Assembly: GCA_050084985.1 (NCBI GenBank)
Contig: JBITNC010000001.1
Location: forward strand, 197,966,001 to 198,030,000
Origin: Nageia nagi
Taxonomy: Eukaryota > Plantae > Pinophyta
Direction: 5' to 3'
DNA: 64,000 nucleotides
This document shows positions 1 to 15,300 of this stretch, in pieces. The notes beneath the pieces are model-generated. The model was given only the letters and a program-made list of their open reading frames with translations. It made no database searches and was not told the origin of the DNA. How positions within the stretch are numbered: the stretch's first letter is position 1; every line of letters starts with the position of its first letter. The translations under genes and the position numbers were made by a program.

Positions 1-3000
1 TAGAAGTTGTGATGGTAGCGATCATGGAAGAGGCAATCATGATAGACAAAGAGTTCGATCAGCTTGTAAAAGCTAGAGCTCAACCTCCCAACATTGTGAC
101 TTATGTGGAAATGATGATCAAATAGAGCAATATTTCTTTTAGAAGAAGGAATAGAAAGCCATATATAGTGAAGAGTAAAATGATGTTGTTAATGTCATAC
201 TCACCCATAATAAGTTTGAAGGTACTAATGACCATATTTGGTATCTATATAGTGGGTGTTCAAATCATATGATCAAGTACAAAAGTTTATATACTCAACT
301 TGAAGAAAATGCTTCTAGCAAAGTTTGGTTTGGTGATAATAATCAAGTTTGAAAAAATCTTATATATGAATGATACTTTGTATGCTACGATATTGAAGCA
401 CAATCTTCTTAGCATTAGTTATATGTGCTTAAAATAATATTGTTTAGTCTTTCAGAAGAAGACCTACACCATCATAAATGAGGCCAAATGGTAAGTTATT
501 GCAAATATTCTCATGTCTAATAATTGTATGTATATGATGAATATGTATCCAATAATAATAAAATACCTAAAATCCACCATTGATCCTACTTGGTTGTGGC
601 ATCGAACATGTGGCCACATCAATTTCAACTCACTCTACAAATTGACTATACTTGTGAGAGATATTCCAACCTTCTCACTACCACTTAAAACTTTATGTGA
701 GTTACATTTTTGGAAAATAACATAGAAATAAATTTCCCTCCCATCCATACTATGCAAAGACACCTTTAGAGTTGGTGCATGCTGACATTTATGGACCTAT
801 GTAGAATCCCACCTTAGCCAAGTGTAGGTATATGCTTATTTTTACTAATGACTATTCTCAAATGAGTTGGTTGTATTTATTGTAGGCCAAGTCAAATGCC
901 TTTGAAACTTTTTTCAAGTTCAAATCACTTGTGGACAAGCATATTACCTATCATCTCAAGAAGTTTTGGATAGACTATGATGGTGAATTCAATTCAAATG
1001 AGTTAAAAGAATTCTACCAAAAATATAGGATCAAGTAGTAATATACAACTACTTATACTTCATAGCAGAATGGAGTGGATGAGAGGAAGTATTAGAATAT
1101 CACTAAAATGGCTTGAAGCATGCTCAAGGATATGGGAATGGATAATAAATTATGGGGGAAAGTTGTGCATAGTATTTTCTACATTTTGAATTGCTATCTA
1201 ATAAAGATCATGCAACATTCAATCCCTTATAAGGCTTGATTTGGTCAAAAACCCAATCTTTCATTAAGGGGGAGCATACAAGAATAATAATGATTACCCT
1301 GGAATCACTTTAATGATTGAGGACTCTAGTTTGGATTATATAACTAAGCCATTATAACCTAACCAACCTCTCTAGTACCAATAGCCTATAAGTACCCAAA
1401 CATAACCTTAAGTGCAAATTATCAAGTTCAATTACAAAGACCTCGATGTTAGGTCTAGGGCATCCGAATTAATCATAAACAACACAATATTGCTAACATT
1501 TGGCCAATAATAGCATATACAAATATTTAAACCCTCAAAATGCCAATATATTGCTTACATAAGCATACATACACAAATTAATCCAATGATATAAACATAG
1601 AAAAGTATACAAGGTAATATGAAGATCAAATTGCATAATGGTTGTATTAATGATATGAAGTAGCAAAAATACAACACCAAGCTCCTAGAGCTAAACGTTG
1701 GCCTCTAAGGAGCCAACTAGGGAAATTCATGTATCTTCAATATTGGATAAATAGATAGAACCATGGAACAACCTCACTCCCTCAAAATTTGAATCCCCTC
1801 CACTAAAGGAGCCCTCCTCTAATCCTAGAAACCAATTGAATGGTAGAATCCCAACCTCAAAATACAACTAGATGGGTAAGGGTGCTACATCAATATCATA
1901 TACAATTAGGATCCCTCAGTTTGATAGCCCTACTATATGATGCACATAGGGTATTTATTAACATCATTAAGTCTTGTTGTTGTCTAGATGATATGAAGTA
2001 TAATAATAATTAGGTATATCCAATAATGAGTCTCCAATGTCTCTTTGTACACCCAACTTTATCTGAATCTCATCTTAGAGTCATCATCTGACTCCTTAAT
2101 CCTAATGTTATCCTCCTAGGTCCCTAAAATGCCCAACATGGGTGCCTAGAGGTTAGGCATGCCAACATGGGGGCCTGGAGTGTTGCATATATTCAAAACT
2201 ATCATGATTTAGGAGTTTGGGATGAGTGATTTGGAGTACATGAAATACTTTCTTGGTATACAAGTTTAGCAATCATCCTCTAATATCTTGATGACATGCT
2301 TACCAGGTTTTCCATAATGGATTGCAAACCTATTGACACTTTAGTAGTGCTTGGCATCAAACTCATGAAGTAGGAAATCTTCTACTCCCCTTGTAGATGC
2401 CATGATGTATTGGTCACTTTTTTATATTCTGATGTATATTACAACTACCCAATCATATATCATGTATATAGTTAGCCTTGTGGCTTGATTCATGCACTCT
2501 CCACATGAATCTCATTGGAAAGTCTTTAAGATGATCCTTCGGTATATCAGTGAAATAAAATCCTTTATTTTATGGTATAAATCATTTGATGTTAACATCC
2601 TTGAGGCCTACATAAATGTTTATTGGGCTGAAATTCTTAATGTTAGGAAATGCACCTTTGGCTATGCTTTCTTCTTTTTTGGCTCTCTTATCTCATGGAG
2701 CAAAAGAAGTGATAAATAATTGCCCTTTCCATTGTTGAAGTAGAATACATAGTTACCTTCTTTGTTTGCACTCAAGCCATTTATATGGCTCAATTATTTG
2801 AATACTTTGGTTTGGCCCCTCCCCTACTCATTCCCATTTATTGTGACAACACTAGCACCATTTCTATGATCAAGAACCTAGTGTTTCATAACCAAAGTAA
2901 GCATATCGACATTCAAAATTATTTTATGTGAGATCTAGTGACTAATGGATTCATTGAATCCATATTTTATAAGTATGAAAATCAACTTGTAGATATTTTT

Positions 3001-3075
3001 ACCAAGGATCTACCTAAGAATTGATTCTTTAGTCACCAAAATCAGCTTGGAATTCAAACCATTCATATTAAGGAA
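1..3075 (+). mobile_element. Highly degenerate Ty1/copia internal region (gag knuckle, protease, integrase, RT/RNase H remnants), 5' end outside window, interrupted at ~1270-2200 by an unrelated LTR fragment
   Basis: Protease-like WYLYSGCSNHM near 240; ORF 513-725 LWHRTCGHINF (GAG-pre-integrase); LELVHADIYGP near 770; QQNGV near 1060; ORF 2492-2719 MHSPHESHWK...ISW and IYCDN/KHIDI remnants at 2830-2920; many stop codons. Confidence 0.85.
1270..2200 (-). mobile_element. Fragment of the LTR family also found at 34016-36493
   Basis: cccctccactaaaggagccctcct (1794-1818) and gttggcctctaaggagccaact (~1697) are reverse-complement matches to motifs at ~35950-36090 and ~35230-35260; boundaries approximate. 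Confidence 0.6.
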
Positions 3076-3742
3076 AATAATGAAGGAATTTAATGCTTCA
3101 TGGTTTGAATTCTCATAGAATTTTGAACTCCAATGGCTACTATCTATATAACACTTATTTCTTCTACATAATACCAAGTTCTTTTGCATAATAGTATTTA
3201 TGTTTTCATAGGGATAAGTCTCATCGCACCAAGGCTACTCATCATTTATGTACTATTTCATCTATCAGATTTATTATGTTGCAGGAATATGGTTGAGCAT
3301 CGAACACATAAAGATTTAATCCTTAGACTATATAAAATTTGATTTTGCACTCCTTTATGGAATCCATACCTATCTCTAAATTTATGGGTACTTCATCTAT
3401 GTTTTATTGACTTCTCTATGTGGATTTGTAATCCATCAATTCTTGTGGAGTCTTCTACACTCCACTTTATTCTTGTATAAATAGGGATTTTTTTTCCTAT
3501 TCTAATATAGGAGAATGCTTATTGATGTAATGTTATGATACCATTTTTGGATAGAATATAAAGCATTCATATTTTCTTTGTAATACCTTGTGATTGTGTA
3601 TTATGTTTTCTCTTTTCAAAGCTTGTATGCATGAGAAACACTTGCAGATCTTTGTAATAGTATTTTGTATCTAATCTAAGGTTTTTTTTATCTATTTGGG
3701 ATCATTTTACTTCATGCATACTTATTTGTATTCCCATATTTG

Positions 3743-6700
3743 TGAAGTTATTAAACACTTTCAAATAAAATGAATTGCTCTACAACTCAAAGTATGAACA
3801 CACACTCAATAATGGAGGATTGGGATTTAACCAAAAACACCCAAATATTTATTGAGAATGCAATTCACACACTAACACACTTCAAACCTTGCTAATACAT
3901 CATACAACACATAATAAGATGTCATAGGTAACCTTAACCATTCAGCTTATAAGCTAGAAATCAAAATGGACTGGAAATGAAATGCAAAAACAAATAAGAA
4001 ATGACACATAGGAAACACTTCTAGTCAGTCGATCGGTTGACTAGTTGGTGGTCCAGTTATAGACTGGACTAACCAGTGGTCTAGTTATAGACTAGACCAA
4101 CCAGTGGACTGGTTATGAACTAGGCTAACCGGTCTGTAGCATACTGGTCTACATACAAACAAGAAGCACTTAAAATAGTAAGCTTAAATTTCACACAATT
4201 TTGATGTCTTAGGTTGTCTTAAGATCTTCAAAGTCTTCATACTCCCCCTTGCTAATAAGAGGACCAACAATCATGTCTCTTAATAGCACAAATTAAGATT
4301 TTGCCATTTATATTATGAATATATCCACCACTTGATCTTGTATTGGATAATACCTCAATTTTACTATCCCTTTCTCCACCAAATCTTGGATGAAATGAGT
4401 GTTCAAATCAAAGTGTTTTGTTCTAGAATGATGGAAAAAGTTTTGTGCGAAATTGATGGCACTTTGGTTTTCATAAAAAATTATTATTGCTTGTGTTTTC
4501 TCCTCTCCAATCTCCTTCAACACCTTCCTCAACCATAGTGGTTGTGTTGAAGCACTTGTTACTGCTACATATTTAGCTTTAGTAATTGAAAGAGCTACAA
4601 TAGATTATTTTTTGGAGCTCCATGATATCAAAACTAATCCAAGAGAGAAGAAATTCCCACTTGTGCTCTTTCTATCATTCAAATAGCTTCCCCAATCACT
4701 ATCACTAAAACTTGTAAGTTGGAGCTTGGAATTACATGTATAATGTATTCCATAGTTTGTTTTTCCCTTCACATATTTGAGTATTTCTTTGCTACCTTGA
4801 GGTGTATAATTGATGGATTGATCATGTATCTTGCAACCAAATATACACTAAATTGTAAATTTGTTCTTATATTTGTTTCAAACATAAGGCTTCCAACAAT
4901 GCTTCTATATTATTTCTTATTCACCTTTGGTTCTCTATATTCTTTGCAAAGGTGTTCTCCATATGCTGTAGGTGTTGCAATAAGTGTAAAATTCTCTATA
5001 CTTAATATTTTTAACATGTCTCTTGCATATTTGGATTGAGACACAAAGATTTTATCTTGTGTTTGATGCACCTCTAAGCTAATAAAGTAGCTCATCAAAC
5101 CAAGATCTTTCATTTCAAACTCAACCATCATATGAGTTTTGAAATTTTTATTCACTTTGTTATTGCTTCCCATGGATATCAAATCAACTACATACAAGCA
5201 AACAATCAAAATATTAGTACCATTTTTCTTGAAATACAAGGTAGGTTCACTTACACTTCTTTGAAAACCCACACTTTTTTAGTATCCATCAATTCTTGTA
5301 TACCAAGCTCTTGGAGTTTGCTTCAACCCATATAGAGCCTTTTTGAGCTTGTATACATGGTCTTGTTTTTTGAAAACCTCAAATTCTTTAGGTTGTGATA
5401 CATACACCTCTTAATTTATGTATCATTTAAAAATGCACTCTTTACATCCATATGTTGGACTATCCAACTTTTTCTTATAGCTAATGAAAGTACCAATCTA
5501 ATTGTTTCTTGCCTTACAATCGATGTAAATGTCTCTTCAAAATCCACTCCATATTATTGAGTGAATCCTTTTTCCACTAGTCTTTCTTTGTATCTTTCAA
5601 CACTCCCATCACTCTTGCATTTTATTTTGTACACCTATTTTGAACCAACCATTTTCTTTCCTTTGGGAAACTCACAAAGTTCACAAGTGTCATTCCTCTC
5701 AATAGCATCAATCTCCTATTCCATAGCCTGCATCCCAATGCCATTAGAATAAGCTTCTTCATAACAAGATGGTTCAATAACAATAATATTTGAAACAAGA
5801 ACAAAATATGAAATAGAACAAAGTGAATAGTTTACCATTTCACCTTTGGGCTCTCCATTGTCTTCATCTCCATACATTTGAATGCTCTCTAATCTTGACA
5901 CTAGATTTTGTGTTTCTTAATTCTGGCTTCTTGTGATTCTCTTCATGGTGTTACCATCTATAATTTGACTTTTTGGATGATCCTTCAACCATATCTTGCC
6001 TTTGTTGCCTTGATTCAACAATATTGCATTGGGTGAACTTAATGTTATAGTGGAACTAGATGATCTTGGTGAGCTTGGAGCACTCACACTTGGTGGTTTT
6101 CCTTTAATTTTATTTCTCAAAACATGGTTGGACTACTCTTTTACTATTTATTTATCCTCCAAACTCTCTTCTTCAAGACCACTTTACTGCAATTTTTTAT
6201 TACTATATTCTCCCCCTTCATCTAAAATTGCATCTCTTGATACAATTATTTTTTCGCTCTTGGGATTATATAATTTGTACATTTTTGAATGCTCATAATA
6301 TCCTATAAACACACAAGGCTAAGATTTTACATCCAACTTCCTCCTCTATTCATCATTAATGTGCACATATGCAAGACACCCAAAGACTCTCAAGCATTCC
6401 AAATTTTGTTTTCTTTCAAACCAAGCTTCATGGGGGGTAATTTTATCAAAGCTTCTTGTAGGAGACTAGTTCAAAAGTACATTTATTTCCTTATTGCTTC
6501 AGCCCAAAAAATGTTTGGCAATTTTTACTTTGCATCATGCTTCTTGTTATTTCAAGAAGAGTTCTATTTTTCCTTTCTACTACACCTTGTTGCTATGGTG
6601 TGTAGGGAGAGGTAAGGTGTCTCCTAATTCAATTCTCCTTGAAAAATTGAAAAAATTCATTGCTACAATACTCCCCTCCTCTATTTCTTCTCAAACACTT

Positions 6701-9069
6701 CACACTATGCCCACTTTATTTCTCAACAAATAATTTGAATTCCTTAAAATAATTAAATGCTTCATCTTTGCTTGAGATAAAATAAACCCAACTCATTCTT
6801 ATGAAATCATCAATGAAAGTGATAAAGTAAGAAGATTTACCAAAACTTTGATTTTGCATAGGTCCACAAATGTTAGTATGGATCAATTGGAGAGGGTGTT
6901 TGGCTCTCCATGCTTCATTCTTCAAAAACTTGCCCCTTGCTTACTTTCCTAGTGCACACCCTTCACACACATCTTTACTTTCTTCTACTTGTGTAAGCCC
7001 TCTCACCATTTTTGAAAGAGTTTTTAAACTTTGAAAATTAAAGTGACCAAGTCTCATATGCCAAAGTTTACTCTTGTCCTCAATCCCTACAAAAACATAG
7101 CCACCATATTTCTTAAGAACTTTTACAATAAAGAGTTTATTTTCAATCATATGAATAGTAGTCACAAGTCTCTCACCATGATTTTTATCATATATCTTGT
7201 ACATTTTATCTTCAAATACCAATTTATAATTCTTTTCTAGCATTCGGCCAATACTCAATAAACTTTGTTTCAAATTCAAAGTGTAGTAATTTTTCTTTGC
7301 CTTCATGGTTCCCTTCTTTGTTGAAACTTGCATCTCTCCTTTGCCAACAATATTCAATCTCTTCTCATCTCCCAATCTCACACTAGATTTATAAGAGTAG
7401 TCAATTGAGGAGAGCAAAGATTTTTCACCAGTCATGTGATTTGAGCACCCACTATCCAATAGCCAAGTCTCATCTTTAAGTTTTTGAGAATCTTTCATTG
7501 ATATGAATAATTGTTCTTCACCATAACTATGTTCTTCCTCTCCATAATTTACTTCTTTGCCTGCATGTGCTTGCTTCATTCTACATTCATACTCAATATG
7601 GCCAAATTTATTACAACAATAGCATTGCATATTTCTTTTATCTTTACCTCTACTGGATCCTCTTTTAAAGTGTATCCCCCTTAATGATGATGTTGGTTCA
7701 TTTTTTGAATTTTTTTCTCTTCCTTTTCCTCTTCCAAAAGAACCTCTTCTTCCTCCTCTTATAGATCTATTTCTTCCTCTTGCACCTCTACCTTATCCTC
7801 TTCCTTGTCCTTCATTCTCTTTGATGGAGAATGCTTGCTTATTACTGTTACTTATTCCTGCTCTTGTTCTCTTTGACATTCTCTCTTCATGTGATGTGAG
7901 AGAGCTAATTAAATTATCAATTTCCATGGTAAAGAGGTATTTATTCTCTTCAATAATAAGTGCAACATGATCAAGCTTCTCTTTCAATGTTGTCAAAACC
8001 TTCTTGATGACAACCTTCTTTTCTATCTTCTCTCCAAGAGTGGCCATTTTATTAATTATTGATTTCAATCTCACATAGTAATCTCCAGCAGTCTCCTTCT
8101 CTTATTACTTCATGTTCTCAAACTCCCTTCTTAGTGTTTAGAGTTTTACTTCTTTTACTTTGAGACTTCCTTGATATCCTTCTATCAATACTACCCATGC
8201 TTCTTAGGTTGAGACACAACCTGAGATTCTGGGTAAGATGCTCTTATCTAAAGCTTCTTGTATGAAGGATAGAGCCATGGAGTTTTGTCTCTCATTATCA
8301 TTTTCTTCTTTCTTTGCATCTATACTAAAGGCACTCCAATTTGCAAGATCATTATAGCCAACTTCTACAATATCCCAATAGCCTTTTCCCTTCAGAAGAG
8401 TCTTCATATGGACACTCTACTACTCATAGTCACTTCCATCAAATTCTGGAATGGTGATTGAGTTTGAGTTGCTTTCCATTTCATCTCTTCTTCTTCTTGA
8501 ACCCAAAATGATCCAATAAAAATCTGATACCAAATAAAGTTATTAAGCACTTTTAAATAAAACAAATTACTCTATAATTCAATTCTACAACTCAAAGTAT
8601 GAACACATACTCAATAATGGAGGATTGGAATTTAACCAAAAATACCCAAATCTTTATTGAGAATGTAATTCACACACTAACACACTTCAAACCTTTCTAA
8701 TACATCATACAACATATCATAGGTCATAGGTGACCTTAACCATTTAGCTTACAGGTTGGAAATCAAAACAAACTAGAAATGAAATGCCAAAGTGGACAAG
8801 AAATGACACATAGAAAACACTTCTAGTTGATCAATCGATTAACCAACTGGTGGGCAAATTACATATTGGAATAACCAATGGGTCGGTTACGTATTGGACT
8901 AACAAGTGGGCTAGTTATGAAATGGACTAATTGATGGGCCAATTACGAACTAGGTGAACTAGTCTATAGTGTATCGATTTGCAAATAGAGAAGATGCACT
9001 TAAAATAGTAAGCTCAAATTTCACTCAATTTTGATGTCTTAGGTTATCTTAAGGTCTTCAAAGTATTCA
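3743..9069 (-). mobile_element. Full-length but decayed Ty1/copia LTR retrotransposon (5,327 bp)
   Basis: LTRs 3743-4239 and 8535-9069; 5-bp TSD ATTTG at 3738-3742 and 9070-9074; tRNA-Met PBS (TGGTATCAGA) at 8523-8532 on -; PPT AAGGGGGAG at 4242-4250 on -; fragmented gag (8204-8407, 7793-8074), knuckle CYCCNKFGHIEYEC plus protease WLLDSGCSNHM (6941-7630), integrase (6716-6925), RT (4910-5272), RNase H (4308-4532). Confidence 0.95.
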
Positions 9070-11631
9070 ATTTGAGAAAATAGTTTTGATATTTTGTGAT
9101 TATGTCAAACTACCTTATTCTATAGTAGATTTCCTTATTTCCATTTGGAAAAGTGTGAATTATATTTGAAGCTTTTTTAACCAAGCCCTAGGTGTAGGGG
9201 TGTTACCATCAAACATTAGTACTTGCATATTTTGAAGGTGTTTCTTATTATAATAGTCACTTCCCCTTCCTATTTTCTTTTCCATGATATTAAGAAAACT
9301 CTTAAATGTAATTATTTTCTTGAATTCAACACTCTTACCTTAATATTGAGTGAAGTATGTATCAAGGACTTCATTAGAGTTTTCCTCTTCCTCTTGCAAT
9401 AACATAAGCATGTACAGCTTAGGTATATATGATCACATAGGATGGATGTATTCTTCCTATATGGGATTCTTGATCCCTCTTGTGCTTGTGGAGTTGGTGC
9501 AAGAGCATCCATATTCTTCACAAGTTGAGATAACAACTCTATCATGGTTGTAAATTATTATTTTGGATCAACCTCCTTTGTTATTTCCATTTCTAATTCA
9601 TTCTCACTCTCAATTTCAATCTTTAAGGAATACTTATTCCTTCTTGTGTAGTATTGATGCTTTGGCATGTAGGAATTCCTCACAAGTAGGTAGAAATTTG
9701 AGCCCTAATACCACTATAATGTACCCTTCTATGGTTTATCCAATTTAACATTCAATTCCACACTTAACCATGAATTATGGCATCAATGAACATGCTCATA
9801 AATCATCCAAAATATGCATTCAAATTGAGATGTAATAACAATAACCAAAATTGATACAAAGCTCTTATAATATGTGCATATCATTAAAATTAGGGCACAA
9901 ATCATATATGTAGCATAACATAAATATAGCTCCAAAAGTACTCAATTTGCATACATTCCCATGCATAAAGAAGATAGATTCATAACAAAAATATATAGCT
10001 ACATACATTAACATTCAATATGCAATATAAGAGCCAATATCATCAAAAATGAACCAATAATAAGTATAGGGTTTTCACAAAAGTTTTACAAGTTCTAGGG
10101 ATAATCCCAAGACTCTAAATATGTCAAATATGGCTTCAAGGTGGTGCTCATATTCCCAAGTTCTCTTAAGTGATGTGCAAGGTCTCCCAATGCCCCACAA
10201 GGGTGGTTCAAGTCTCCAAGAGCCTCCAAATATGCAATGTTAGTCTCCAAGGTCTCCAAGAGAGTGACACAAGCTTTCTTTAAGTATTCAAGCATATAGA
10301 AATACGAATAAGCCTCTTCTAGGCTAGGGAGCATCCCTAAGCCCTTGAATATAGAGAAGGGAAGCATCCCTAAACTCTAAATGATCAAAGATCAAATGCA
10401 TAAGATGATGTATTCAAATAACCAAATGCATTTCCTTTATAACATTCCAAACTTATCAATATTCCCTCCTAGGTTGGTCAACTTGTTAAGGAGCAATAAT
10501 GATTTATAATATTATTTTTATCTAAAATGGATGCATTAAAATTTTGCTTGTTATCTCACAAAGAAATAAATTAATTAAATAACCAAGTGCATAACATTGC
10601 ATGAATCAGAAATTAAATCCATAAGAAAGATTACCCAATAATCAAGCTCTCTTATTTCTATGGAGTGTATTAATCCTCTCTGGTCTATCACCTTGTTACC
10701 ACACTTAGAAATTTCTTCTCCTTTTTTACTTCTCATGAACTAGCAAAAATCTAGCTTAAAAAAAATACATAATCACTAGTCTTCCTTTTCTAAATTAAGG
10801 AAGATAGGTTACAAAATTTGGCTATAAAACATTAATTTATAATGCTACCTCATAGAGATAATTTTGGTTGTGTCCATCAACCAATCTTATCTCTTACTTG
10901 GCCTCCTCCAAGATAGCTATAACAAACGCACATTATCTCCCTTCCTATTTTAAAGGAAATAACAACTCTCTATTTTAAATATATCCCTCAACAATATTTT
11001 TTTAAAATACCAAACAAATATTACCCCAAAATAATAAAAATCCAAACACCCATATTTAGACCTCAAAATAGGGTATTGGTTGGCATTGGTAGCTTAATAG
11101 ATAGGTTCCATTTCCACGTTGAGCTTGTCCATCTCCATTCCATTAATTAACTTACAAGATCTCCCAAGATAGCTTTCCTCTAGTGTATGGGATCTAGAAA
11201 TAAGCTCACATTGGTGATGATACACATCAGCATTCAAAACTCTCCCTGATTCCTTCCACTTTGGCATGTATCTCTAAGACAAACCCTCCATTCTATGCAT
11301 GGCTATCAAGTGAGAGGTCAAATGGTATAAAGTCTATTTTTTTCCCTTTATTTTTCCCATGCATCCTCTGTTGGATTGCGAGCTCCACTCCTCACTAGGG
11401 TTATGCGTAAGAAATTTTGGCAAATCAAAATAAATGAAATAGTGGCAACACAATTTCAAAATCTTGGTGATTTTATCCAAAAATACCATAGAATTAATGG
11501 TGATATTTCAAATTTTTAAGAACTATGTTATAAAAAATTGGCTAGTTAATATCATTTTCTAAAGAAAGATAAAATTTATAGGTGAATTTGAAATATTAGT
11601 TTATATAAAATGCTCATCTTGATATTGATTG

Positions 11632-12335
11632 GATGCTCATATTTAGTAATAAGATACTCATGTTCAGTAACAAGATGCTCATCTTCTACAACAAGTTGCT
11701 TGTCTTCAGTAACAAATCCCTCCTCTTCAATAACAAGTAATTGGTCTTCAATAACAAAGTTGCTTGTCTTCAGTAACAAATCCCTCCTCTTCAATAACAA
11801 GTCATTGGTCTTCAATAACAAAGTTGCTTGTCTTCAGTAACAACTTGCTTATCTTTAGTAACAAGTCACTCATCTTGAATAATAAGTTGCTTCTCTTTAG
11901 TAAACAAGTCACTCATCTTCAGTAATAAGTTGCTTATCTTCAGTAACAAATCACTCTTCCTTAGTAATAAGATGCTCGTATTCATTAACAAGTTACTCAT
12001 ATTTATTAACAAGTTGCTCATTTGTAGTAACAAGCCATTTGTCTATAGTAATGAGTCACTTATATTTAGTTAAAAAAACTTTGGTCTTCACTAACAAGTC
12101 ACTCATCTTTAATAAAATGTTTCTCATATTCAATAACAAGTTTCTCATTTACAGTAACAAGTCACTCATCTTCAGTAACAAGTCACTTGTATTTAGTAAC
12201 AAGTTGCTTATCTTCAGTAACAAGATGCTCATCTTCAATAACAAGTCACTCATATTTAGTAACAAGTTGCTTGTGTTTAGTAACAAGATGCTCATCTTCA
12301 GTAACAAGTCACTTTTGTTCTGTAGCAAGTCACTT
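11632..12335. repeat. 21-bp minisatellite, roughly 33 degenerate units (consensus ~TTCAGTAACAAGTCACTCATC)
   Basis: AGTAACAAG recurs at 21-bp spacing; gives 7-aa periodic ORFs (SNKSLIF)n. Confidence 0.9.
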
Positions 12336-15300
12336 CTATTCTTCTCTTATAATACAGTCTTTTTTTCTTTTAGATATGCATTCTTCTTCGTATAGAACTT
12401 GGGTCTAATAGATGATTCCCTTGAGAAAATTAAAAATATTTATAAAATATAGGTGATAAGGTGTGAATTTAGTGGGGATATATTTGGCTAATTTATATAA
12501 AAAATACTTTGAAGTTATAAAATTTTGGCTAACTAACCAAGAAAAAAAATTGAACCCAAAAATATTAGGCTACCTGGGCTCGATTCGGTTTGCATAAAAA
12601 TAGCAAATTAAAAAATTAGAAATCCTAAAAAAAAGCTATTTTGCTATAAATAGCCACTATGCATTTCCCTACTCCTCATGTGGCATTGACAGCTAGACAT
12701 TAAATGGTGGATCACCTCTATACATGGTTTGAATTTTAGCAACCCAACATCAGGCTCCCTCATGTTGTCCAAGTTGTCTTTGTTATTTTGTGGGTCCCTC
12801 TTGGAAATAATCAACCTCCTATGTGACATGGATCTCCTCATTCTAACTTTGTGCCACATCAAACCTACAGATCCTCTCACATTAGGTCCACCACATTTAA
12901 CCAAGCCATCCCATTTTTGGGCCTTTCAATATAGTTTTAAAACAATAGTATTTCTTTTAAAAAAATAATATTTAATAAATAAATAAAACCCAACTAAAAC
13001 TAATCCTTCAAACCTTTATAAATCATAATCCAAAATTCATTTTTTCACACTATTCAAATTGATTAAATCATAAAGGAGAGAACTTCGATATGAAGTTCTT
13101 ATTTTGTTACTAGGTGACAATCAAATTTTAGATCAAATAATCAATTATTAAATGTACATTAAATCTCCCCTTCATGGCCAACTTGGTCAAGGAGGATTTT
13201 TGATATTAAATGGTCCCTTTGCTTAGCCAAATAGACACCAAATATGCCCTTAAATTAGGCATATGCCTCTTAGGCACAAATATAAATTAAATAATAACAA
13301 AAAGATCACAATGAATAGGCATGAGGGGGAGATGTCTAAGTATGCCAAATTGGGGATATTACATACATCAATGCAACATAATGAGAGAGGAATTAACATC
13401 TAAACTTTTATGGAAGATCACTATAAATCTCTACTTACCAAAATCTAGCTTTGTTCTTTTAATATATGTAAGAAAGAAATGATTATGTTATATTTTAAAT
13501 TCAGATTTGATTAGTTCTAGGTTGCATTATTATTCATTATTTAAGATTTAATCATGATAAATTTATCTATTTATTTTATTATTTAATTATTTAAAAAATA
13601 ATTATTATTAATTGAATAAAATTAATTTTTATTATCTATAAATTGATGAACCGAAAACTTTGTTATACAAACCTTAAGTTTGTTGATCATTGCATTTTAT
13701 GTGGAGTTTTTCATTGGAAACCTTAGGTTTTGCATGATCTTTTTTTAAAATTTTCAACAAAATTAGAAAATTTTATTGCTTTCAAATTGGTGAAAAATCA
13801 AGTTATTTTTATTTTATAAAAACATTTGTTTGCAAGAAATGCTAGATTTTAAAGGTTATTTTATTGAATTTGGTGAGTCTTTGCATCATCAAAAATTTTC
13901 TAAACCATGTATTCTTAATTAGAAACTATTTTTATCCGTAAACACTTTTTAGGATTGAATTTGGATCTTCACACTTTGTTCATTTTAGTGCTTGCGAAAA
14001 TAAAATTACACCCCAAATCAAAACACCAATATGATGTACACATATAGTTATCCTGGTTTGATCAATGTGTTCTACATCCAGCAAATAAAAATCCATTATT
14101 GTAAAGTTCATTTTACAATGTCACTTGTATGATCCTTCTTGCTTCACTCTTTTGTTTATTGAAGCTTAATCACATGATCATTATAGGCTCTCCATTGAAT
14201 CCCTTTCTTGAAGATGGCTCTCTTTTCAATGAAATTCCTTAAGCATAGTTCCACATCTTTTATCTCGAGATGACATCTTTATAACTACTCTTTGTCTTTT
14301 TTTCTTTCCATAATGGTTATTATATCATCCACTTCTTTCTCCATGGCAATAATCTTATCCATGTTCTTTTTCTTCTTCTATGCAAGCTTGAAATGCAACT
14401 CCAATATTACTCTCATAGTTTTGTTATCTTCCATCGATTTTATAATAAAATAGATTCTTCTACATTCTTTTCAAACCTACACTAACTCACTCCCCTTGGG
14501 AGTAAATTCACACTAAAGGACTTAACTTTTTTTCATACTCCTTGTTCCCTTTTATAACATTAAGGGATTACAAATTTGGAGTTTATGGTTACATGGTGAT
14601 AAGATAATATTTGTTATTTTTCCTCCTTTACAATATGCTCTCTCATCCTCAAAATAATAATCTCCCTAATTTGTACTCTTGTAGCATTATTTTCACCTCA
14701 TATGGTTATATTCTTCTATCTTTTTGGATTTTGCAAAATTGTCAAAATTGCTTCTAGTGCCATTTGGCATGACCATAACTTCATGACCATAATTCTAAAT
14801 CTCACAAAATTTGATCCAGGTGTTCTTGAATATATGTAACTTAACTGGTCCAAATTTCATGATTTAAATCCTTATTGGTAGCTCCAAGAATCATCATCAA
14901 GTTGGCCTCCAACTCAGATTTGCAACTAGCAGCTGTCAAAATTTTGACAAAGTCATGAACATAAAATGATAATTTACCATTTTGTGAGCACCATAACTTT
15001 CAATTATTTAATCCAAATGCCTTTATATTGTAACCACATATTCACCATAATATAAGGTACCATTGATTCAAATTTCATGCTATGAATCCATCAATAGAGC
15101 TTTCCATGCATATTTTGCATTTTTTATATTTAACTCCAAATTTCGAAAAGCCATAACTTACAAACCATATCTCTATTTTATTTGCCATTTGAAGAATTGG
15201 AATCATGGAAGAGAGATCTTTAATGTGGAAGAAAATAATTAACAAAATTATATACTTGAAAAATCACTTTTCTTTTAAGACTCTGAAATCCATTTCGGAT

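Noticed and set aside
11576-12408. Four ORFs as protein-coding genes
   Set aside because: They are by-products of a 21-bp minisatellite.
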